Of a stretch of 64,000 nt of DNA, positions 44,632-52,539 are shown in pieces. The DNA comes from Candidatus Saccharimonadota bacterium (lineage in GTDB: Bacteria > Patescibacteriota > Saccharimonadia > Saccharimonadales > UBA10212), in NCBI GenBank assembly GCA_022841445.1, contig JALHRM010000001.1, forward strand, positions 259,777-323,776. Direction: 5' to 3'. Position 1 is the stretch's first letter, and each line of letters opens with the position of its first letter. Under the pieces are notes generated by a model that worked only from the letters and a program-made list of their open reading frames with translations, had not been told where the DNA came from and searched no databases. The translations under genes were made by a program, and so were the position numbers.

Positions 44632-45108
44632 TCAAACTTTCTGGCGCTTTCGCTTGGTTTTAGCTGCACCTGTTGAAGTATCTTGTGGATTTTGTGACTT
44701 GTTCACGTTTCTCATGTATGCAACTGATGGGAGTTGTTCCCCCTCTTCATGCTTGTGTCCCCATTTTGTGTCTTCTCTGAGAAGCGTTTCTGCGGTCTGC
44801 GGGTCTTCAATAGTGAGGCGAGTGGCGGTATCTTGCATCCCAAAAGCAGGAGTAGATGTCACCACCCGTATTTCCCCGGCATTTTCTCCTGGCAGTACAG
44901 TATAATCAAGTCCCGATGAAAGTCTGGTTCCAAAATCATCTAGGTTGGCTCTAAGTATATGGACTGCATCCTGGAGAACTTTTCTTGCGGTTATCGTCGC
45001 ACCACCAAGGCTGGCTTCAACAATGAAGGCGGTAGATTTGCGGTAGTCGCCGGCATCAATAACTGAAAATCCTATTTCTGGCGTGGGTGTTAATCCTTCT
45101 CGTGCCAT
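44632..45108 (-). CDS. Hypothetical protein with a basic C-terminal tail
   Basis: 158 aa; own TTGACT-17-TAAAGT promoter and AAGGA RBS; ends KTKRKRQKV. Confidence 0.65.
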   Translation of the reverse strand: MAREGLTPTPEIGFSVIDAGDYRKSTAFIVEASLGGATITARKVLQDAVHILRANLDDFGTRLSSGLDYTVLPGENAGEIRVVTSTPAFGMQDTATRLTIEDPQTAETLLREDTKWGHKHEEGEQLPSVAYMRNVNKSQNPQDTSTGAAKTKRKRQKV

Positions 45109-45210
45109 TTATAAAATCCTTTGCTATAAAAAAGCCCAATCGTCATGCGTTTGGGCGATTAGTATCAATAAGTCCACTTTACAACATAAGCTCTATGAAG
45201 TCAACAGGTT

Positions 45211-45618
45211 CTAGGAGTGGTTTTTTTGCTGGGTAAAGTAGTTTATCTCGTTTACAACATCGAGCAGCGCTTGAGCGCGGGCTTTTTCGTCTTCTATAGC
45301 GCGGGCTGCTTCGTAGGCGGCTTTTACAAAACTACTGTCATCGGTGGCTTGCAAAAGCATCATCGTAGTTTTGAATTTTTCTTCTGGGGACTGTTCAAGC
45401 TGGTCAACTAAAGGTGTTAACTGGTGTAAGGCCTGTTGTTTAATGTCGATAAGGTCTTGTTGATTACCAGAGGTTGAGCCCGTAGATGAGTGCGTATCAA
45501 CACTAGTGTTGCTGTGTGCGCTTGAGTTGTCGTCTATGGTCGAAGCATTATCGCCGTGACCTTGGTCAAGGTCACCATGTGTATCTTTTTTATCAGATTG
45601 ATCGTCGAGTCCGAACAT
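45211..45618 (-). CDS. Hypothetical protein (disordered N-terminus + helical C-domain)
   Basis: IKQQAL.QL.PLVD.L.Q.PEEKF...ARAQALLDVVNEINYF helical domain. Confidence 0.75.
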   Translation of the reverse strand: MFGLDDQSDKKDTHGDLDQGHGDNASTIDDNSSAHSNTSVDTHSSTGSTSGNQQDLIDIKQQALHQLTPLVDQLEQSPEEKFKTTMMLLQATDDSSFVKAAYEAARAIEDEKARAQALLDVVNEINYFTQQKNHS

Positions 45619-45863
45619 TCCACCCCCTTGATTAGCAACGTATCGTTAATTGATAGTATAACCAGAATTTTCGCACCACACCAGTCTGCTTTTTGGCACA
45701 GCCAAAAATTCTCCTGGTGTTATTGGCCGATGACTTTGTTGCTTGCTGTGCTACTCCTTTATCGTATCAAAATACGCTTCAGTGCGTTGCTCGCAAGCGC
45801 CTAGTCATAGGCTCAATTGCATAACTTCTGGTACAGTTTAACTAAGTAAGGAGGATAAGTAGT

Positions 45864-46895
45864 ATGCTGGACGATCTTAAGTACATTCATGAATTAGATG
45901 CGGCGGATGCCCTCGGGGTCGCCGAGCGCCAATACCGTCAGCTGCAACACAGTTTTGAGCTACCCAAAATCAAGGGCAGTTTCGAAAACATCGTAGTAGC
46001 CGGCATGGGTGGTTCTGCACTTGCTGCACAGCTTAGTACGACTTGGCCGGGCTATAATGTTCCGTTTGAGATTTGTCGAAACTACACAATACCGAATTAT
46101 GTTTCGGCGCACACATTGTTTGTGGCATCGAGTTATTCTGGCAATACCGAGGAAACACTAGAAGCTTTGACACGCGCCGAAGAGCAGGGGGCAACCATTG
46201 CCGTCATTAGTGCGGGCGGTGAACTTGTGTTTCGTGCCCAGGAGAAAAATTATCCACTGGCCAGGTTGCCAAATGATTTTCAGCCTCGCCACGCTGTTTT
46301 ATATAACTTCGCTGCCCTCATGCAGATATTCAGCGCAGCAAGCATTTTTGATGCGGAGAAGATTAGGCCTGAAATTGAGCAGGCCGCAAACCACATAAAA
46401 GAGATCGCTCAAGATTGGCGAGCAGATGTGCCAACATCTAAAAACCGTGCCAAGCAAATCGCGCTAGAACTTGCAGGGAAGAGCCCGGTTATATATGGTA
46501 GTCCGTTAATGTTTCCGGCAGCATACAAATGGAAGATAAATTTTAATGAGAATGCCAAGAATGTTGCCTGGTGCAATCAAATTCCTGAATTTAACCATAA
46601 CGAGTTCTTAGGTTGGACAAGTCATCCAGTCGATAAACCCTATGGCGTAATCGATTTACGTAGTAGTTTTGATCATAGTAGGGTTGCGAAGCGATTTGAG
46701 GTAACAGCTCGCCTGTTGAGTGGTCGTAGACCAGAATCAATTGCACTACATGCCGAAGGCGAAACAGTCTTTCAGCAACTGGTATGGCATGTTGTGTTGG
46801 GTGATTTTGTGAGCTTGTACCTGGCACTACTCAACGGACTTAACCCGATGCCGGTAGACCTCATCGAAAAGTTCAAAAAATCCCTCGACGATTGA
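45864..46895 (+). CDS. Bifunctional phosphoglucose/phosphomannose isomerase (SIS fold)
   Basis: GMGGS, SSYSGNTEET, QPR, NENAK, PEFNHNE motifs. Confidence 0.92.
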   Translation: MLDDLKYIHELDAADALGVAERQYRQLQHSFELPKIKGSFENIVVAGMGGSALAAQLSTTWPGYNVPFEICRNYTIPNYVSAHTLFVASSYSGNTEETLEALTRAEEQGATIAVISAGGELVFRAQEKNYPLARLPNDFQPRHAVLYNFAALMQIFSAASIFDAEKIRPEIEQAANHIKEIAQDWRADVPTSKNRAKQIALELAGKSPVIYGSPLMFPAAYKWKINFNENAKNVAWCNQIPEFNHNEFLGWTSHPVDKPYGVIDLRSSFDHSRVAKRFEVTARLLSGRRPESIALHAEGETVFQQLVWHVVLGDFVSLYLALLNGLNPMPVDLIEKFKKSLDD

Positions 46896-46958
46896 AGTAT
46901 TGCTTTGTGATAACAAAAGTACCCCATCATCGCTTTTGACAGCAAAAGAGGCAATAAG

Positions 46959-48188
46959 TTATTCGTTGCGAAGTGCTTCAATTGGATGCTTGCGGGCGGC
47001 CTGAAGGGCGGGCATGACCGCGAAAATAACACCAATTGTTACGGCTGTACCGAGTGCAATCAGGATGATGGAAGGGGTAATAACTGGCCTGAAATCAGTG
47101 TATATTCGCAGCAAGAAGTTCCCGGCAACTGCTAGTGCAATCCCGACAACTCCACCAACAAGAGACAAAACCAAACCTTCCATCAAAAACTGGCGTAGTA
47201 TCTGTCGATTTGTCGCACCAACAGCTTTCCGTATACCAATTTCGCGTGTACGTTCGCTCACACTGACCAATAGTGTATTCATGATTCCAATACCTCCAAC
47301 GATAAGTGATATTGCTGCAATACCGGATATAACCGCCGTGGCGGCATTGATGATGTCGTCCGACACATTAGCGAGCTCTTCTTGCTTTAAGATTGTGAAG
47401 TTGTTTTGGCCTTTATGATTAGTGCGAAGTTCGTGCTGGAGTTCTAGCAATACAACATCGAGACGCTTTTGGTCGGATACTTGAACGAGGATCTGGGCAA
47501 TTTGGGCTCGGTTTTCACTGATCCGTTTACCGGTTGCGGGCGGAATAATAATCGAGTAGTTTAGGTCGATACCAATAGTTGACAGCACTCCCGCCTGGAA
47601 TGGTTCGTGTACACCACGGACGAGGAAATTGGTGCCAGAAATGGTAAACGTCTGGCCTACTGGATTAACACCACCGAATAACTCTTCGGCGATCGAAGTA
47701 CCAATAACGGCGTAGTTTTCGTTTGTGTCTTCGGGGATAAAAAATGCTCCAAAGTTTACTTTGTCCTGCAGAACTACGTTTAAGTCCGGTGTGGATGATA
47801 CGACATAGACATTGTTCATTTCACGGTCTTCGTAGCCGATACTGTTGGTGATGAGGCTCATTGGTGCAACGGCGCTAACACCATCTAATTTTTGGATACT
47901 TGCCACATCTTGATCAGTTAAAGTACTCGCCGAAAAGAGTGCCAGTGGATTAACAGACGCCACACTTCCATCACTGTTTTTGCTGACCACATTTCCGGAT
48001 CGGATTGTTAAGACATTGCCGCCAAGTTGGTTTATCTGTTCAGAAACCTGCTTCTTTAAACCCTCACCGAGACTAGCAATAGTAACCACAGAGCTAATGC
48101 CGATAATTATCCCGAGCATTGTGAGGCTGCTGCGCCACCGCGCTGATCGTATGCTTGCCAAGGCCATTTTGTAGTCCGAAATAATCAT
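46959..48188 (-). CDS. MacB/FtsX-family ABC transporter permease
   Basis: RSSLTMLGIIIGI, ISLIVGGIGIMN, VSERTREIGIRKAVGA, PA..AA...PIEALR. Confidence 0.93.
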   Translation of the reverse strand: MIISDYKMALASIRSARWRSSLTMLGIIIGISSVVTIASLGEGLKKQVSEQINQLGGNVLTIRSGNVVSKNSDGSVASVNPLALFSASTLTDQDVASIQKLDGVSAVAPMSLITNSIGYEDREMNNVYVVSSTPDLNVVLQDKVNFGAFFIPEDTNENYAVIGTSIAEELFGGVNPVGQTFTISGTNFLVRGVHEPFQAGVLSTIGIDLNYSIIIPPATGKRISENRAQIAQILVQVSDQKRLDVVLLELQHELRTNHKGQNNFTILKQEELANVSDDIINAATAVISGIAAISLIVGGIGIMNTLLVSVSERTREIGIRKAVGATNRQILRQFLMEGLVLSLVGGVVGIALAVAGNFLLRIYTDFRPVITPSIILIALGTAVTIGVIFAVMPALQAARKHPIEALRNE

Positions 48189-49066
48189 TTCTTTGACCTC
48201 TTGTAGCTGCGTTTTCTTGTTCGAGGTTTTTTGGTTTGAGCCTTTGGTAGTTTTGGCTTTTTGCTGCTGAGTTCTTTCGGCGGTACTTCGCGCATTATGG
48301 TGGCCACGCCGTGCGCAAGGTGTTCTTCAACACTCGATTCATCGGTAAAGTACACGTTCTTAATGCCTTTTGCGACTTCACCGAGTTTGGTCTTTTCATC
48401 ACCTACAATTGTTCCGTCATGCATGTACAGTAGTCGATTGGCGTAGCGGGTAAGTTCGGGGTTATGTGTGACCATGACGACCGTATTGCCACTGCGGTGT
48501 ATTTCGCTGAGCAATTCCATAACAATTTTGCTGTTGCCGCTGTCGAGGTTGCCGGTGGGCTCATCGGCAATAATAATGGTTGGATTATTAATGAGTGCCC
48601 TGGCAATTGCCACTCGCTGTATTTGTCCGCCACTGAGATGTTTTGGGTAAAAGTACTCTTTGTCACGTAGGCCGACTCGTTCCAGCATGTCACTGGCTAG
48701 TTTGAGGCGACGCACAGGAAGTGTGCCCTTGTAAGCAAGAGGCAGCGCAACGTTTTCGAGTACGTTTAGTCGAGGGAGCAAGTTAGCAGACTGAAATACG
48801 AACCCAATTTTATCGCGGCGGGCTCTAGCCTGTTGGCCGGATCTTAGCCGAGATACGTACCTGGTATCAAGAACATATTCACCATGTGTTGGTTTGTCGA
48901 GCAGACCAATGATATTCAGCAGGGTGGTCTTGCCACTACCCGAAGGACCCATGATCGCCACAAATTCACCGGTTTCGATGTGCAAGTCAACTTCATCAAG
49001 TGCCAGCGTTGTTGCATCGCCAAATCCATATAGTTTTGATACTTCTTGTAGCTCAATGACTGCCAA
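48185..49066 (-). CDS. MacB/LolD-type ABC transporter ATP-binding protein
   Basis: GPSGSGKT, LSGGQ, ADEPTGNLD, VTH; Lys/Arg-rich C-terminal extension. Confidence 0.93.
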   Translation of the reverse strand: MAVIELQEVSKLYGFGDATTLALDEVDLHIETGEFVAIMGPSGSGKTTLLNIIGLLDKPTHGEYVLDTRYVSRLRSGQQARARRDKIGFVFQSANLLPRLNVLENVALPLAYKGTLPVRRLKLASDMLERVGLRDKEYFYPKHLSGGQIQRVAIARALINNPTIIIADEPTGNLDSGNSKIVMELLSEIHRSGNTVVMVTHNPELTRYANRLLYMHDGTIVGDEKTKLGEVAKGIKNVYFTDESSVEEHLAHGVATIMREVPPKELSSKKPKLPKAQTKKPRTRKRSYKRSKK

Positions 49067-49280
49067 AAGTTCTAGTCCTTATTATTTTTTTGGTATTTTT
49101 AGCAGACCTTCTTACCTACGGAGAAAGAACAGGCCCACACTGTTTATTCTTTTTGTGTCAATCTTATTTGGCGTAAGAGAGTTCTGTTCATAATAGTGTA
49201 CGCTCTCATGGAGTTATCCGACAAGCTCTATAAAGTTGTAAAAAAGTCATTTACTGATTCTGCTAAAATAACGGAGACAT

Positions 49281-49371
49281 GGAAGGATCGCATAGTTGGT
49301 CTAGTGCGCCGTCTTGGAAAGGCGGTATGGGGGCAACTCCATCGAGGGTTCGAATCCCTCTCCTTCCGCCA
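49281..49371 (+). tRNA. tRNA-Ser(GGA)
   Basis: Anticodon arm CCGTC-TT-GGA-AA-GGCGG, long variable arm, T-arm and CCA. Confidence 0.95.
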
Positions 49372-49426
49372 GTATCCGATTTAACGAAATAGGGCAGAAA
49401 TTACGCAAAACCGATTTAACCAAAAC

Positions 49427-50296
49427 ATGTCTATTGATACGTGGCTGAACGCCAGGATGTTAGTTAGTGATGCGCGCTACTTGCAGCCGATGGGTATAAA
49501 TGCTTACGAAGACACTGGTAATCAGCCAGATATTGGCGAAGGTATTGCCGAGCACCAAGCCGCGGTTGAAGCCTACGAACAAGCTGGCATACATCTAGAA
49601 CAAGTTCCGAGCCCCGAAGGCTGTCAGGACGGTGTATTTACCGCCAACTGGGGTTTGGTGTGGGGTGGACGGGTACTATTGTCAAAATTGCCAAACTTGC
49701 GTCAAGCTGAAGAAGCATACGCCGAACAAGCTCTGAAAAACCTTGGTTTTGAAACACGTCGTGCAAGTGTCTTGTTCAGCGGTCAAGGCGACGCGCTGAT
49801 TATTGGTGGCAACCGTGTGATTATCGGTGACGGGTATCGTACCGACGCAACAGTTGCAAGTGAAATTCGCGAGTGGCTCGGCTTGGAGGTGATTGTCGCT
49901 CGGACAAAACCAAAACGCAGTTTTCCTTTCGGTCCACCGGTGCGAAACAAAGTCACTGGACTGTGGGATTCGTATTTTTATGACTTGGATCTGGCGGTTG
50001 GGGTAATTCGGCCGGGCTTACTTGCTGTTTGCTTTGACGCATTGACAGGCAAGGGTGAGGCTGCAATTAAAAATCTAAAAGATGTAGAGATTATTTCGGT
50101 CAGTGAGTATGAAGCAAAAGAGCAGTTGGCCTGCAATCTTGTGAGTAACGGCGAGACAGTAATTTTGTCTGGTGGAGCAAAGCAGCTGGCAGCTGATTTG
50201 CGTGCGAAGGGCTTAAAAGTTGTACCTCTGCCCAACCACCAGCTGCGCAAAAGTGGCGGAGGCTGGCGCTGCATCAGCCTTAGCTTGTACTCATAG
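49427..50296 (+). CDS. Amidinotransferase/pentein-superfamily protein (DDAH/arginine dihydrolase-like)
   Basis: DGVFTAN, R..E, G.GD, FYDLDL, ACN, KSGGGWRC. Confidence 0.82.
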   Translation: MSIDTWLNARMLVSDARYLQPMGINAYEDTGNQPDIGEGIAEHQAAVEAYEQAGIHLEQVPSPEGCQDGVFTANWGLVWGGRVLLSKLPNLRQAEEAYAEQALKNLGFETRRASVLFSGQGDALIIGGNRVIIGDGYRTDATVASEIREWLGLEVIVARTKPKRSFPFGPPVRNKVTGLWDSYFYDLDLAVGVIRPGLLAVCFDALTGKGEAAIKNLKDVEIISVSEYEAKEQLACNLVSNGETVILSGGAKQLAADLRAKGLKVVPLPNHQLRKSGGGWRCISLSLYS

Positions 50297-51340
50297 GATG
50301 ATGCCGGAGCCAGGCAATGCTGATACTACACCGTTCTTGAACACTTCGTTGCTACGGATTGTAACCTGACTTACCTTGCCAACGACTCTGCGGCCGGCAA
50401 AAGGAGTCCAGCCAGCTTTGGTTTTTAGCTGGTCATTACTAAGTTCATATTCATCCATGTCTATGGTAACTACTGTGTCATCATCGATTGGCGTCTTAAA
50501 AATACGCGCCGGATTAGTGTGTAATTTTTCGATAAGCTGCTTCATGGTTAACCTGCCTTCGGCTTCCGCGGTGAGCATAAGCGGCAGAGTAGTTTCCAGG
50601 CCAGGTACCCCAAAAGGCGGTGTGTCGCTGTCTTTTTCGGCGCGAGTGTGCGGAGCATGGTCAGACTCGATAACATCGATGTAATCAAGATGTTGCCACA
50701 AAAAATCTTGATCTATCTGCGGTTTCAGGGAAGGCTTCATATGTCCGTAAGCACGGAGTCGCTCGGCATCTTTATCAGTCAAAAAGAGGTGATGCGGTGT
50801 AACACCGCAGGTGATTGGTAATCCTGCATCTTTGGAGCGAATAACAAGCTCTAATTCTGCCTGGCTGGAAACATGGCAGACGTGCGTCGCTTTTGGTACG
50901 GCACGCAGTGTTTTGCCAACTAGCTCCGAAACATCATCTTCGGCATGCAGCAAGATAGGCTTATTGCTTGGCCAGGCTCTGTAGATGTCAATCAGCCTTT
51001 CGGCGTCGATAATAAAGTTACCAGTGGTGACATTAAGATATACTTTGAGCCCACTGACTTTATCGATGACTTTGGGGAACTCATCGAAATTGTTACCGAG
51101 GGTTCCAAAATGAAAGCTAATATCACTTACAACCTGCTGCTTAGCACTGGCTATTTTTGCCTCTAGCCGCTCCAGCGTTGTGATTGGCTCAGCATTATTG
51201 GGCATGTCGAGAACCGTAGTAAATCCGCCAGCTAACGCTGCCGACGTACCAGTTAAAAAATCTTCCTTGTGAGTCTGGCCGGGATCACGTAAATGAACGT
51301 GTGGATCGACGAGACCGGGCAGTGTAATGGTTTTAGGCAT
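50291..51340 (-). CDS. pyrC: Dihydroorotase
   Basis: DPHVHLRDPG, DMPN, HAE, HVCHVS, TPHHLFL, SDHAPH, PGLET; divergent from carAB-pyrB. Confidence 0.92.
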   Translation of the reverse strand: MPKTITLPGLVDPHVHLRDPGQTHKEDFLTGTSAALAGGFTTVLDMPNNAEPITTLERLEAKIASAKQQVVSDISFHFGTLGNNFDEFPKVIDKVSGLKVYLNVTTGNFIIDAERLIDIYRAWPSNKPILLHAEDDVSELVGKTLRAVPKATHVCHVSSQAELELVIRSKDAGLPITCGVTPHHLFLTDKDAERLRAYGHMKPSLKPQIDQDFLWQHLDYIDVIESDHAPHTRAEKDSDTPPFGVPGLETTLPLMLTAEAEGRLTMKQLIEKLHTNPARIFKTPIDDDTVVTIDMDEYELSNDQLKTKAGWTPFAGRRVVGKVSQVTIRSNEVFKNGVVSALPGSGIIL

Positions 51341-51435
51341 TATTGCCATTATATAGCTCAATCATTAACACGCGTAGTGTAGTAATAAAAATATATTCTT
51401 GCATCAAAGTGCGATGTTTAGTAAATTCTATTGAG

Positions 51436-52539
51436 ATGCAAAAAAAGCTGCGGGTCAAAGATCAATTAAATGTGCACGGAAATCGCTCCACTGGGAGCGA
51501 TTTTTTTAAGAAAAAGTATGCCAAGCTGTATTTGAGTGACGGTGCGGTATTTGATGGTCAAGTACCAGAGTGGCAATCTGGTGAGTACTTCGGAGAAGTT
51601 GTGTTCAATACTGGCATGAGTGGTTACGTAGAATCTTTGACCGATCCATCATACGCCAATCAAATACTAGTGTTTACGTATCCATTGATTGGTAATTACG
51701 GCGTACAAATGAACGATGTAGAGTCGGATAAAATACAGGTCAGCGGCGTAGTAGTTAGCCAAGTAGCGCTAATTGGCAGTCATAGCCAGTCTCAGCAGTC
51801 GCTGCTTGACTGGCTAAAAAGTCAGAGTATCCCGGTGCTATTGGGCGTGGATACCAGGGCACTTACTAAACATCTCCGAAGTATTGGGAGCATCACAGGC
51901 GTGATAAGCGAAAAACCACCAGTCGATAGAATTTTACCGCTACCGCCAAAGTTTGTGACTGTACCCAAACCGATTACTCACAATAAAAGAGGTGTCAAAA
52001 GAGTTATTTTGGTGGATTGCGGCTCAAAGGACAATATATTGCAGTCACTCTTGGCGCTAAACCTCGAAGTCACGCAGGTGCCTCGGGATTATGATTATTC
52101 GTCCGATAGTTACGACGGAGTAGTGCTTTCTAACGGGCCCGGTAACCCAACTGATTATGTAGACACCATATTCATAGCTAAAAAGGCTGTCAAAAAAGGC
52201 AAACCAATTTTTGGGATTTGTCTCGGTACGCAAATTATGGCGCTGGCTGCAGGCGCAGACACTTACAAATTACGATTTGGCCACCGTGGTCATAATCAGC
52301 CCTGCATGCAGTTAAAAACTAGGAAGTGTTACATTACCAGCCAGAATCATGGCTATGCTATTGATGAAAAGACCTTACCAAAAGACTGGGAAGTCTCGTT
52401 TCGCAACCTTAATGACCAATCGGTTGAAGGAATAAGGCATAAAACAAAACCATTTTTTTCGGTGCAGTTCCATCCCGAGGCTTGTCCTGGACCGACGGAC
52501 ACACAATGGCTGTTCAAGGAATTCGAGGCGCTGCTGTGA
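51436..52539 (+). CDS. carA: Carbamoyl-phosphate synthase small subunit
   Basis: GEVVFNTGMSGY.E..TDPSY, LSNGPG, GICLG, FGHRG.N, QNHGY, QFHPE. Start uncertain (ATG 51436 or GTG 51472). Confidence 0.93.
   Translation: MQKKLRVKDQLNVHGNRSTGSDFFKKKYAKLYLSDGAVFDGQVPEWQSGEYFGEVVFNTGMSGYVESLTDPSYANQILVFTYPLIGNYGVQMNDVESDKIQVSGVVVSQVALIGSHSQSQQSLLDWLKSQSIPVLLGVDTRALTKHLRSIGSITGVISEKPPVDRILPLPPKFVTVPKPITHNKRGVKRVILVDCGSKDNILQSLLALNLEVTQVPRDYDYSSDSYDGVVLSNGPGNPTDYVDTIFIAKKAVKKGKPIFGICLGTQIMALAAGADTYKLRFGHRGHNQPCMQLKTRKCYITSQNHGYAIDEKTLPKDWEVSFRNLNDQSVEGIRHKTKPFFSVQFHPEACPGPTDTQWLFKEFEALL
51480..51507 (+). terminator. Intrinsic terminator-like hairpin inside the carA 5' coding region (candidate attenuator)
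   Basis: AAATCGCTCC-ACTG-GGAGCGATTT followed by TTTT (T7 run in total). Confidence 0.6.

Noticed and set aside
45619..45863. Possible ncRNA or ORF 45556..45804 in the gap before PGI/PMI
   Set aside because: Only a short TTTTTGGC-ACA-GCCAAAAA hairpin; no recognisable RNA family motif or credible protein.
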